Source of the DNA: Spirochaetia bacterium
GTDB taxonomy: Bacteria > Spirochaetota > Spirochaetia > SZUA-6 > Bin103
Length of the DNA: 64,000 nucleotides
Direction of reading: 5' to 3'
Assembly: GCA_965198005.1 (NCBI GenBank)
Contig: CBDAOI010000004.1
Location: forward strand, 1-64,000
Shown here: in pieces, positions 24,601-35,943 of the stretch
How the letters are laid out: every line of letters begins with the position of its first letter
Position numbering within the stretch: position 1 is the stretch's first letter
The notes under the pieces: model-generated
What the model was told of the DNA's origin: nothing
Database searches by the model: none
Seen by the model: the letters and a program-made list of their open reading frames with translations, nothing else
Translations under genes and position numbers: made by a program

Positions 24601-27600
24601 CTGACCGTGCAGGTCAGCGACGGCGCCAACCCGGCCACCGCGGACCTGACCGTCACCCTGACCGACGTGGCGCCGGCGGTGAGCATCGCCCCGGTGGCGG
24701 CGTCGGTGGTGGAAGGCACGGCGGCCGCGTTCACCCTGACCCGCAGCGGCGACCTGAGCGGCACGCAGGCGGTGGCCGTGGACGTGAGCCAGACCGGCGC
24801 CGTGCTGGCCACGGGACAGGCGGGCGCGCGGCAGGTGACCTTCGCGGACGGCGCGACCGCAGCGGCCTTGAGCGCGACCACCGACGACGACACGGTGGCC
24901 GAAGCCGCCGGCACGGTCACGGCCACGGTGCAGACCGGCACCGGCTACACCGTCGGCGCCTCCGCCACCGCGCACGTGACCGTCACCGACAACGACGCCG
25001 CCGCGCTGACCCTGACCGTGCAGCCGTCCGAGATCGCGGAAAGCGACGCTGCCACCGCGGTCACGGTAACGGCCGCCTGGGACGCCGGCACCCGCGCCGA
25101 GGCCACCGCCGTAACGGTAAGCGTCGGCGGCGGCAGCGACACCGCCACCGCGGGCACCGACTACGCAGCGGTGCCAGACCTCTCGCTGCTCATCGCCGCC
25201 GGAGCCGCCGAGGCGGCCGCCACCTTCACGCTGACCCCGACCGCCGACGCGGTGGACGAAACCGACGAAGCCCTCACCGTGAGCGCCACCACCTCGGTCA
25301 CCGGCCTGACCGTCACCGGCGCCACCCTGACCATCACCGACGACGACGAGCGTGGGATGAGCGTGAGCCCGACGGAGCTGACGGTGCGGGAAGGCGGCAC
25401 CGGGACGTACGAGGTGAAGCTGACTTCACAGCCCACGGACGGCGTGACGGTGACGCTGACGGCCAGCGGCGACGCGACGGTGGACGCGCAGACGCTGAGC
25501 TTCACGGCCACGGACTGGAGCACGGCACGGACGGTGACGGTGAGCGGCAGCCAGGACCCGGACGCGGCGGCGGGCTCGGCGTCCATCACGCATACGGCCG
25601 ACGGCGGCGACTACCAGAACGTGGCCGGACCGACGGTGGCCGTGACGGTGACCGACGACGATACGGCATCGACGGCGGTGACGCTGAGCTTGGACGACAC
25701 GGAGGTGGCGGAAGACTCCAGCAGCGGGGAACCGATCGAGGTCACCGCGACGCTGGACGGCGCGACGCTCGGCACGGCGACGGCCGTGACGGTATCGGTT
25801 GCGGGCGGCACGGCGACGGCCGGCGACGACTTCACGGCGGTGGACGACGTCACGGTGACGATCGCCGCGGGCGAGGCGAGCGGCACGGGCACCTTCACGC
25901 TGGCGCCGGTAGACGACGCGGTGGACGAGGCCGACGAGACGGTGACCGTGAGCGCCACGACCACATCGGGCCTGACGGTGAGGCCAACGGCTGGACTGAC
26001 GGTGACGATCACCGACGACGACACGCGCGGGGTGACGGTCAGCGCGACGGAGCTGACGGTGCGGGAAGGCGGCACCGGAACGTATGAAGTGGAGCTGGAC
26101 TCACAGCCGACGGACGCGGTGGACGTGACGGTGACGGCCAGCGGTGACGCGACGGTGGACCCGGGGACGCTGAGCTTCACGACCACGGACTGGAGCACGG
26201 CACGGACGGTGACGGTGAGCGGCAGCCAGGACCCGGACGCGGCGGCGGGCTCGGCGTCCATCACGCACACGGCCGACGGCGGCGACTACCAGAACGTGGC
26301 CGGACCGACGGTGGCCGTGACGGTGACCGACGACGATACGGCATCGACGGCGGTGACGCTGAGCTTGGACGACACGGAGGTAGCGGAAGACTCCAGCAGC
26401 GGGGAACCGATCGAGGTCACCGCGACGCTGGACGGAGCGACGCTCGGCACGGCGACGGCCGTGACGGTATCGGTTGCGGGCGGCACGGCGACGGCCGGCG
26501 ACGACTTCACGGCGGTGGACGACGTCACGGTGACGATCGCCGCGGGCGAGGCGAGCGGCACGGGTACCTTCACGCTGGCGCCGGTGAACGATGACGTGGA
26601 CGAGGCCGACGAGACGGTGACCGTGAGCGCCACGACCACATCGGGCCTGACGGTGAGGCCAACGGCTGGACTGACGGTGACGATCACCGACGACGACACG
26701 CGCGGGGTGAGCGTGAGCCAGACGGCGCTGACGGTGCGGGAAGGCGGCACCGGGACGTATGAAGTGGAGCTGGACTCACAGCCGACGGACGCGGTGACCG
26801 TGACGGTGACGGCCAGCGGCGACGCGACGGTCGACGCGCAGACGCTGAGCTTCACGGCGGGGGACTGGAGCGCGGCGCAGACGGTGACCGTGACCGGCAA
26901 GGAAGACGCGGACTCGGCGCCCGGAGAGGCAACCATTGCCCACGTGGCCAACGGCGGCGACTACGTGGACGTAGCCGGGGACACCGTGAACGTCACGGTG
27001 ACCGACGACGACACGGCATCGACGGCCGTGACCCTGAGCGTGAACGACACGGAGGTAGCGGAAGACTCCAGCAGCGGAGAGGAGATCGAGGTCACCGCGA
27101 CCCTGGACGGCGCGGCGCGCGGCACGGCGACGGACGTGACGGTAACGGTCGCGGGCGGCACGGCGACGGCGGGCGACGACTTCACGGCGGTGGACGACGT
27201 CACGGTGACGATCGCCGCGGGCGAGGCGAGCGGCACGGACACCTTCACGCTGACGCCGGTGAACGATGACGTGGACGAGGCCGACGAGACGGTGACCGTG
27301 AGCGCCACGACCACATCGGGCCTGACGGTGAGGCCAACGGCTGGACTGACGGTGACGATCACCGACGACGACACGCGCGGGGTGAGCGTGAGCCAGACGG
27401 CGCTGACGGTGCGGGAAGGCGGCACCGGGACGTATGAAGTGGAGCTGGACTCACAGCCGACGGACGCGGTGACCGTGACGGTGACGGCCAGCGGCGACGC
27501 GACGGTCGACGCGCAGACGCTGAGCTTCACGGCGGGGGACTGGAGCGCGGCGCAGACGGTGACCGTGACCGGCAAGGAAGACGCGGACTCGGCGCCCGGA

Positions 27601-30600
27601 GAGGCAACCATTGCCCACGTGGCCAACGGCGGCGACTACGTGGACGTAGCCGGGGACACCGTGAACGTCACGGTGACCGACGACGACACGGCATCGACGG
27701 CCGTGACCCTGAGCGTGAACGACACGGAGGTAGCGGAAGACTCCAGCAGCGGAGAGGAGATCGAGGTCACCGCGACCCTGGACGGCGCGGCGCTCGGCAC
27801 GGCGACGGACGTGACGGTATCGGTTACGGGCGGCACGGCGACGGCGGGCGACGACTTCGCGGCAGTGGACGACGTCACGGTGACGATCGCCGCGGGCGAG
27901 GCGAGCGGCACGGGCACCTTCACGCTGGCGCCGGTGGACGATGACGTGGACGAGGCCGACGAAACGGTGACCGTGAGCGGCACGACCACGTCGGGCCTGA
28001 CGGTGACCCCGACGGCTGGCCTGACGGTGACCATCACCGACGACGACGAGCGCGGGGTGACGGCAACCCCACACGAGCTGACGGTGCGGAAGGCGGCACG
28101 GCAACGTACGAGGTGAAGCTGACCTCACAGCCGACGGACGACGGTGACGTGACGGTGACGGCCAGCGGCGACGCGACGGTGGACGCGCAGACGCTGAGCT
28201 TCACGACGGAGGACTGGAGCACGGCGCAGACGGTGACCGTGACCGGCAAGGAAGACGCGGACTCGGCGGCCGGGGAGGCAAGCATTGCCCACGTGGGCAA
28301 CGGCGGCGACTACGTGGACGTAGCCGGGGACACCGTGAACGTCACGGTGACCGACGACGACACGGCATCGACGGCCGTGACCCTGAGCGTGAACGACACG
28401 GAGGTAGCGGAAGACTCCAGCAGCGGAGAGGAGATCGAGGTCACCGCGACCCTGGACGGCGCGGCGCTCGGCACGGCGACGGACGTGACGGTATCGGTTA
28501 CGGGCGGCACGGCGACGGCGGGCGACGACTTCGCGGCGGTGGACGACGTCACGGTGACGATCGCCGCGGGCGAGGCGAGCGGCACGGGCACCTTCACGCT
28601 GGCGCCGGTGAACGATGACGTGGCCGAGGCCGACGAAACGGTGACCGTGAGCGCCACGACCACATCGGACCTGACGGTGACCCCGACGGCTGGCCTGACG
28701 GTGACGATCACCGACGACGACGAGCGCGGGGTGAGGGCAACCCCGCACGAGCTGACGGTGCCGGAAGGCGGCACGGCAACGTACGAGGTGAAGCTGACCT
28801 CACAGCCGACGGACGCGGTGGACGTGACGGTGACGGCCAGCGGCGACGCGACGGTCGACGCGCGGACGCTGAGCTTCACGACGGAGAACTGGAGCACGGC
28901 GCGGACCGTGACCGTAACCGGCAAGGAAGACGCGGACTCGGCGGCCGGGCAGGCAAGCATTGCCCACGTGGGCAATGGCGGCGACTACGTGGACGTAGCC
29001 GGGGACACCGTGGACGTGACGGTGACCGACGACGATCAGCCTGGGACGCAGATCGCGCTGGAGCTCGATCCCGGCACGGTGCCGGAAGGCGCCGGCGCCA
29101 CCGCGATCACGGTGACGGCCAGGCTGAGCCCGGACGCCCAGGCCGCAGCCACCGAGGTAACGGTGTCGGTCACGGGCGATACGGCGACGGCAGGCACCGA
29201 CTTCGCGGCGGTGGCGCCGGTCACGCTGACGATCGCCGCGGGGCAGACGACCGGCACGGCGAGCTTCACGGTGACCCCGGTCGACGACGCCGTGGACGAG
29301 GCGGACGAGACGCTGGCGGTGAGCGGCGTCACCGCGGCGCCGGAGCTGCCGGTCACGCCGGCCACGCTGACGCTCGGCGACGACGACGAGCGTGGGGTGA
29401 CGGTGAAGCCGACGCTGTTGCGGCTGCGACCGGGCGAGCACAAGAGCTACACCGTGCGCCTGAGCAGCCAGCCGACCGCGACCGCGAAGGTCCGGGTGAT
29501 CGTCCCGCCGGCCCGCATCTTCGATCTCACGGTCGAGCCGGCCACGCTGACGTTCACGCCGGCGACGTGGCAGACACCGCAGACCGTCACGGTAACGGCG
29601 GGCGCGGACAGCGACGCGGCCGCGAGCGGCACGCGGCTGGAGCTGAGGCACGCGGTGAGCGGCGGGGACTACGACCAATTGCCCGCACAGCCGGTGGCGG
29701 TGAGCATCATCGACGACGGGACGGACGGCGACCCGCCGGAAGACGACCCGCCGGACGAAGATCCGCCGGCTGACGGCCCCCCGACGGTGAGCATCGCGGC
29801 CGCTGCGCCGGCGGTGGAGGAGGGCGCCCCTGCGCGCTTCACCCTCACCCGCACCGGCGCCGCCACCGACCCGCGGACCGTGGCGATCACCGTCACCGAA
29901 CGCGGCAGGTTCATCGCCGGCAAGCCGCCGGCGGAAGTGACCTTCGCGGCCAACGCGCGCACCGCGGCCCTGCTGGTGCCGACCGTGGACGACGCCACCG
30001 ACGAGCCCGACGGCGCGGTGACCGCGACCGTCACCGCCGGCGCCGGCTACCTGACGGCCGAGCCGGTGGCCGCCACCGTCACGGTCACCGACAACGACGC
30101 CGCCCCCGAGATCACCATCGCCGACGCGCGCGTGCTGGAGAGCGGGGGCACGATCGAGTTCACGGTGCGGATGGCGGCGGCCAGCGGCCACCGGGTGACC
30201 GTGACCTGCGTCTCCGAGGACGGCACGGCGCAGGCGGGCAAGGACTACGTCGCGGAGCTCGGAGTCCTTGCCCTGGAGCCGGGGCAGACCTCCGGGGCGA
30301 TCCGCATCGCGGTGCTGGACGACACGCTGGAGGAATCGGACGAGACCTTCACCGTGGTGCTGAGCGATCCGGCCCACGCCACGCTGGCGGACGCCACCGC
30401 CACCGGCACCATCGAGGACGACGACGGGTCGGTGGCGCAGGCCTGGCTGTCGCGCTTCGGGCGGACGGTGGCGACCCACGTGCTGGACGCCGTCGACGGG
30501 CGACTGAGGGAGGACGCCCGGCCCGGCGGGCAGACGACGCTGGCAGGTCGGCGGCTGGAAGCGGCCGCCGACCTGGAGCGGTCCGACAGTATCGAGCAGA

Positions 30601-31844
30601 TCCCGTTCCGGACCATGGAGTTCCGCGAGTTGCTGGCCGGCAGCTCCTTCCAGGTGCCGCTGCTCGCGGCGGCAGCGGAGGTTGATGAGTCGGCCGCAGG
30701 CGGCGGAGCGGGGTGGACGGCCTGGGGCCGCGGCGGGACGACGCAACTGGCCGGCGTCGAGGGTGACTTGACGGTCGGCGGCTCGGTTGCGAGCGGCGTG
30801 GTGGGCGCCGATTACGACTGGGGGCAACTCCTGACCGGCGTGTCGGTGGCTTACAGTGCCGGCGGCGGCGAGTACACGGTGCGCGGGACCGGGAACCGGA
30901 AGGAGCGTACCGGCGACCTGCAAAGCTGGCTGCTGAGCGCGCACCCCTACGCGCGTCTGAAGCTGACCGACCGGCTGGCGGTGTGGGGGCTGGTGGGCTA
31001 CGGCTTGGGGCAGATGTCACTGGCCGAAGGCGGCGCCAAGGAGACCATCGAGCGCGACGTCGCGCTGCTGATGGGCGCGTTTGGTGGGCGCGGAGTGCTG
31101 GTTTCGGGGGCGGAGAGCGGCGGCGTCGGCCTGACGGTGAAGTCGGACGGCTTTCTACTGCAGGTGTCGGCGGCGGCGGCGGACGAACTGCCGGCCGTCA
31201 CCGCGGACGTGAGCCGGGTACGGCTGGTGCTGGAAGGCTCGGTGGACGTGCTGCGCGGCCCGGCGGGGGTGTTGACCCCGTCACTGCAGGTGGGCGGGCG
31301 GTATGACGGCGGCGCCGCGGAGACGGGAGTGGGGCTGGAGGTGGGCGGCGGCCTGCGCTACGCCTACCCGGCGTGGGGACTGACGCTGGCCGCGAACGGG
31401 CGACTGCTGCTTGCGCATCAGGACCGCGACTACGAGGAGTGGGGCGCCGGCGGCTCGCTACGGCTGGCTCCGGGAGCCGCGGGCCGCGGGCCGTCGCTGA
31501 GCCTGAACACCTCGTGGGGCGACGCGTCGAGCGGCGTGGAGCAACTCTGGTCGCAGGGTGCCGGACGCGCGCCGGGCTTGGCCGTGGAGGCCGCTACCGC
31601 ACCGGCCGGCCGGCTCGCGGCGGAGCTGAGCTACGGCATCGGCGTCGCGGGCGGTGCCGGCTCAGTCACCCCGTATGCCGGCGTGGCACTCGGCGAGGGC
31701 GGCGAGCGTAGCTACCGCCTGGGCGGCCGCTTCACGCTGGGGCAGTCGTTCAGCCTGAGCCTGGAGGGAAATCGCCGCGCGCGCCCCGGTCACGATACGG
31801 CTCCCGTGCACGGCCTGACCCTGGGCGGGACCCTGCGCTGGTAG
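6655..31844 (+). CDS. Giant Calx-beta/cadherin/Ig-like repeat adhesin with C-terminal autotransporter-like beta-barrel (~8,400 aa); five apparent frameshifts (~18411, ~22100, ~22925, ~24290, ~28088)
   Basis: Signal peptide (...LAVLAPAGAGA|Q); dozens of DDD..E..ETF Calx-beta repeats; DUF11-like YTVxNxG repeats; two cadherin 'D[YH]ENPDD...VQVSDG' domains; 'AWLSRFGRTVA' linker; barrel ending LRW. Repeat phase continues across the ORF-track pieces. Confidence 0.85.
25335..29035 (+). repeat. Tandem array of ~5.5 x 675-bp (225-aa) near-identical units in the adhesin
   Basis: 'gaagactccagcagcgg' and other motifs recur at 675-bp spacing. Antisense ORF boundaries at 25611, 26286, 26961, 27636, 28310. 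Confidence 0.9.
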
Positions 31845-31866
31845 GTCCGGCAGGCGCGGTGCCGGC

Positions 31867-33417
31867 TCAGGCGGGTTCCGTCTCGAACGCCGCGATGTCG
31901 CGAGACTCGGCGCTGATCTCCACGCCGATCAAGTGGAGAGCTCGGCCCGGAGCGCGGTGCTTGTCGGCATAGCGAAGTTCCCTGAGCTGCGCCAGCGCCG
32001 CCCCCTTCTGCGACCGTTCCGCCACCTTGAATTCGAACAGGTAGACGTTCGCCCCCAGAAACACCGCCATGTCCAGCCGGCCGCGGCTCGTGGGTTCCTC
32101 CACCACCACCCCGTCCATGGAGGCCTGGAACCAGGCATAGAACACGCTCGACCAGTAGCCCTCATAGCGGGCGATGTCGTTGCGCCGGTGCCAGTCGTGG
32201 GGGATGCCCGCCAGCAACTTGCGGAACAGCGCCTCCACGCCGGCCCAGTCCTCCGCCGCCAGCAGCCGGCGTAGCGCGCCGCCGCTCCCGGCCAACCGCC
32301 AGTTCGGCGCCAGCGCGTCCAGCAGGCTCTCGTTCAAGCCCCGCCGCACCTCACGGTTCGGATACCTCAGCCGGTACTCCGGATAGCCGTCCACGTCGTC
32401 TTCCTCGGCGATCGTCAGGTAGCCGGTCTGGAACAGCAGCGCCTCCGGAGCGATGTAGTCCACGTCGAATGACGACAGCAGCGCCTCGCTGGCGCGGGTG
32501 CGTTCGAGGTCCGGCGCCGCGAAGCCGCGCCTGACCAGCGTGTCGATCAGGAACCGCGGCGTGGCGGTCTCGAACCAGTGCGCGCGGAACCGGCGGGTGC
32601 CGAACAGCTTGAGGATGCCGAAGGGGTTGTAGACCTTTTCCTCGCCCAGCCAGTTGTAGCCGTCGTACCACTCGCCGATCCGCTCTCGGTCCAGGCCCGG
32701 CAGCTCGGGCGCGAATACCTCGTCCAGATTCGCGTTCGTGTACCCGCAGATTGCAGAGTACCGCGGGTCGAGGGTGAGGTCGGTGAGGTTGTTGAGGTCG
32801 GAAAACAGGCTCACCTTGGAGAACTTGCTCACCCCGGTGATGAAGGTAAGCTCCACGTGGGCGTCGCATTCCTTGATGGTCCCGTACAGCCCGCGCAGGT
32901 CGTCGCGGTTGGTGGTCGCGAGCTCCCGGTCCTCCAGGGCGTCCAGGATCGGTTTGTCGTACTCGTCCACCAGCACGACCACGCGCTCGCCCGCCGTGCG
33001 GTGCAGCGCCGCCAGCAGCCGCGAGAATCGCCCCGTCGGCGTGGCGCCCTCGGAAGCGGGCACCCCCGCCTCGCTCTCGATGTCCGCCAGTTGCTCCGCC
33101 ACGCGTGCGAGCAACTGGCCCGGCCTCTTGAAGTTGCCGCCGCCGAAGCTCAACCGCACCACGGGGTGGCGTTTGGACCAGTTCCATCCGTCGTGGACGG
33201 CCAAGCCGCGGAACAGTTCTTCGCTGCCTTCGAACAGCTCCTTGAGGGTGTCCACGAACAGGCTCTTGCCGAAGCGGCGCGGGCGGGACAGGAAGTAGTG
33301 CTTGCCGGCGTCGTCCACGAGTTGGCGGGCGTAGCCGGTCTTGTCCACGTAGTAGAAGCCCTCCTCGCGGATTTGGCGGAAGGTCTGGATGCCGACGGGG
33401 AGCTTGCGTTTGACCAT
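31867..33417 (-). CDS. AAA-ATPase-like protein with C-terminal PD-(D/E)XK nuclease domain
   Basis: 'KLPVGIQTF..IR', 'YYVDKT', 'SRPRRFGKS', 'LVDEYDKP', 'YPNREV', 'GRLDM...FEFK'. Confidence 0.9.
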   Translation of the reverse strand: MVKRKLPVGIQTFRQIREEGFYYVDKTGYARQLVDDAGKHYFLSRPRRFGKSLFVDTLKELFEGSEELFRGLAVHDGWNWSKRHPVVRLSFGGGNFKRPGQLLARVAEQLADIESEAGVPASEGATPTGRFSRLLAALHRTAGERVVVLVDEYDKPILDALEDRELATTNRDDLRGLYGTIKECDAHVELTFITGVSKFSKVSLFSDLNNLTDLTLDPRYSAICGYTNANLDEVFAPELPGLDRERIGEWYDGYNWLGEEKVYNPFGILKLFGTRRFRAHWFETATPRFLIDTLVRRGFAAPDLERTRASEALLSSFDVDYIAPEALLFQTGYLTIAEEDDVDGYPEYRLRYPNREVRRGLNESLLDALAPNWRLAGSGGALRRLLAAEDWAGVEALFRKLLAGIPHDWHRRNDIARYEGYWSSVFYAWFQASMDGVVVEEPTSRGRLDMAVFLGANVYLFEFKVAERSQKGAALAQLRELRYADKHRAPGRALHLIGVEISAESRDIAAFETEPA

Positions 33418-33489
33418 GGCGTCACGGAATTCAAGCATACGCGCCCCCGGCACGCAACCGGGCGATCTTCGCACCACTCTTGTGCCCCG

Positions 33490-33560
33490 CGACCCGCGGG
33501 TTGACCGAAACGTCGATCCGGCGAGCCAGTTCGGCCGCGCTCATGCCAAGTTGCACCGTA
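33490..33560 (-). pseudogene. HigA-like HTH antitoxin fragment
   Basis: 'LGMSAAELARRIDVSVN' HTH segment with no intact ORF context. Confidence 0.4.
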
Positions 33561-33751
33561 AACGGCATTCCGCCGTCCATCGACGCACGGCCGCACGATT
33601 GTCGCGGGCTATCGACTGGCTGAAGGCGTGGACGGCGTGAGTGGCGCGGGACGTCGACCAGGTTTCTCATCGCGGCACCGGTCCGTTGACATTCATATGC
33701 GGCGCCGCGCATGATTAGGCAGCGGGGCGGATGCCCCAGGAGGGATGAGCG

Positions 33752-33991
33752 ATGACTGACGCTGAACGGGACGAGTTGCTCGACCGAATGGACCGGCGGC
33801 TCGTCCGGATCGAGAACAAGGTAGACCGGCTGACGGAGCGGTATGAGACCGATATACCGGCGCTTGAACCTGCCGTATCGACAATCCAGGCAGACGTGTC
33901 GAAGCTGAGCGCATCCGTTGACTCTATCGACCGGCGGGTCGCCAGCATCGAGGGCCGGCTAAGCGGTGAACCGATCGGGGTGGCCCGATGA
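33752..33991 (+). CDS. Small coiled-coil protein
   Basis: 79 aa with heptad pattern; GGAGGG RBS upstream. Confidence 0.65.
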   Translation: MTDAERDELLDRMDRRLVRIENKVDRLTERYETDIPALEPAVSTIQADVSKLSASVDSIDRRVASIEGRLSGEPIGVAR

Positions 33992-34140
33992 GCGACGAGC
34001 GGGACGAGGGCGGCCAAGCAGCGCCGCGCAAGGGGCCGGGGCGGCCACGGAAGCCGATGCCGGAGCGGATACCGGACACCCCGGAGAACATCATGCGGAT
34101 ACTGATGAATACCCCACGGGAACCGCGCGAGCGCTCATAG
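33988..34140 (+). CDS. 50-aa protein with AT-hook-like motif
   Basis: ATGA overlap with the upstream gene; MSDERDEGGQAAPRKGPGRPRKPMPERIPDTPENIMRILMNTPREPRERS. Confidence 0.55.
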   Translation: MSDERDEGGQAAPRKGPGRPRKPMPERIPDTPENIMRILMNTPREPRERS

Positions 34141-34172
34141 CAGCGGCGGGGTGCGCGTCACTCCCCAAGAAA

Positions 34173-34238
34173 AGGTGCTACAAAATGCAGTACCCAAGCT
34201 GCGAAAACCACACCAGGTGCTGCAAAATGCAGCACCTG
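34173..34238. repeat. Paired palindromic element
   Basis: aggtgctacaaaatgcagtacc plus the perfect CAGGTGCTGCA-aaa-TGCAGCACCTG; related copies at 1674-1712 and 6390-6425. Confidence 0.6.
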
Positions 34239-34440
34239 CCGCGCGTATTCAGCGCCGTATCTGCTGTCGTTGCGGTGTCGTTGTCGCCGTTGTAGCCCTG
34301 GACCCACGGCGGCGAACACCTGATCGGAACGGAAGTAGAAGGTGTCGTAAGGGGTGATGTAGTCGGCCCGCATGCGTCCGATCAGCTCACGGCCAAGGCA
34401 GGCCAAGCACGACGACCAACGCTTGTGCGTCGCCTGTGAA

Positions 34441-34764
34441 TTACCATCGATTCGCACCTCCAGTGATTTGGGAAGTCTCCTCGGCCGTGTCCGGCACGGG
34501 TCGCCGGCACAGATCGTTCCTCCGCAGCAGCCGCCTATGACTATCCTGAAGATGTCCTCCGGCTTGCGTAGAGTAGATCTTGCCTCGTGGGTTGTCGATT
34601 ATTCCCCTGTGTTTGAAGTCCTGATGCAAGGCGAGGTCGTTCGAATACAAGAGGCGTGCCCCGCTCATCTGCGCCAATGCGAGAATGTGAGCGTCTTCGC
34701 CCGCCGGAGGACGCGTCAATCCAAATACTTCGTGGGCCACATTCACGTCGAGAATCGCACACAT
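34441..34764 (-). pseudogene. PIN-domain-like protein with apparent internal deletion
   Basis: 'MCAILDVNV' N-terminus joined after about 22 aa to 'EDAHILALAQMSGARLLYSND'. Confidence 0.55.
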
Positions 34765-34767
34765 CAG

Positions 34768-35140
34768 CTACAGCCCCAGGGATCTTCTGGTTGCCTCCAT
34801 GAAGAACTGGCGATAGCTGTCGGGCGCTCCCAGGATATTGCCTTCGCCATCGATTCGTAGCGAGTGAATGAGCACATCCAGCCTGCTTGCGCAGGATTTC
34901 AACTATGACCGGCAACACCTGACTGACGCCGTAGCCGACGTCGATCAAGTTGCGCCGCGGGCCCCTCAGTTTGCCGCTGTACTTCCTGACTTGTACCTGA
35001 AACGGCTCGCTCTCCCTTCGTCCGAGCTGCTTGATGCAGACTTCGTCGAACAGCCCTGCCGACTGTCCGAATCTCTCAAGCGCAGGCTTGAGACGTTCCC
35101 ATTCTCTTCGATTCCGGTAATAGGCATCGGCAAGGGATCC
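34768..35140 (-). pseudogene. Remnant of an ABC-type (AAA_21/DUF3696-like) ATPase
   Basis: Signature 'NLIDVGYGVSQVLPVIV', then an out-of-frame C-terminus 'IHSLRIDGEGNILGAPDSYRQFF'. Walker B region missing. Confidence 0.6.
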
Positions 35141-35454
35141 ACAGATCGCCGCTCTTGAGAAGCTTGCGTACCGGAACTGGGGTGGTCCCGTGCTTGCTGA
35201 ACGCAACCTCAAAGTGATAGGCGCCGAGGTCGAACCCAGCTTCGAAAGTGTCCGCGTGGCCACCCCGCCCGCCGCGATTCCATTACTACAAAGGCGGCCA
35301 AGCCACCGCCAAGTGTAGCGTAAGCGCCGCCAGCCTTTCAACCAGGGTGCGCAGGACCAGGGTACCCAGCCGCGCCAGCCGGCGGTCGGCCCGGTCAGCC
35401 GGTCAGCGGGCGCGATGGTGGCCGCGCCCGGCGCCGTGCTACACTTGCGGCCCG

Positions 35455-35643
35455 GTGAATCGGCTGGAGGTCAACGCGACCATCAATCTGCTGCGCGAGC
35501 GCGGGCTGCTGCCGGCGGACTACCGTGCCGCGCTCGAAGTCGACGATCTGATCGCCCACGTCTACGACGCCTGCGCCCGCAACGGCGTGGGGGCGGCGGC
35601 GTTGCGCCGCGAAGTGGCGGCCATTCTGCGCGAGCGGGTGTAG
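35455..35643 (+). CDS. Hypothetical small protein (62 aa)
   Basis: GTG start, host-like codon usage, TGCTACACT extended -10-like motif just upstream. Confidence 0.45.
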   Translation: MNRLEVNATINLLRERGLLPADYRAALEVDDLIAHVYDACARNGVGAAALRREVAAILRERV

Positions 35644-35943
35644 GCGCCCCGGCGGGTGCCGGTGTCCGGCGCGTAGGCGCGCAAAAAAAGGAACTTATAT
35701 ACGATAATGAACGCGCAGGGGGCACAAAGTGAGCAAGCGTAAGCAATTAGCCCGCCTCCGGGCCGGAGCCATCCGGCCCGCGCTATCGCGTTAGCACTGC
35801 TTCGGGCCCCCGTCCCGCCGTAATTCCTTACAACTGCGGTGGTTACCTGGTAACCAGTGCCGAGCCGACATGTGTGTTGACGTGGCCGGCTATCTTTCAT
35901 ACTATGAGCGTCATGAAAGTCAAGAGTTGGCGAGGCGGAGAGC

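Noticed and set aside
6928-30944. Long antisense and alternate-frame ORFs over the adhesin (e.g. 11431-18594, 18239-22186)
   Set aside because: Shadow ORFs expected from extreme GC3 bias and repeats; low-complexity translations.
6655-31844. Complete diversity-generating retroelement acting on the adhesin
   Set aside because: No reverse transcriptase, Avd or TR/VR pair visible in the window.
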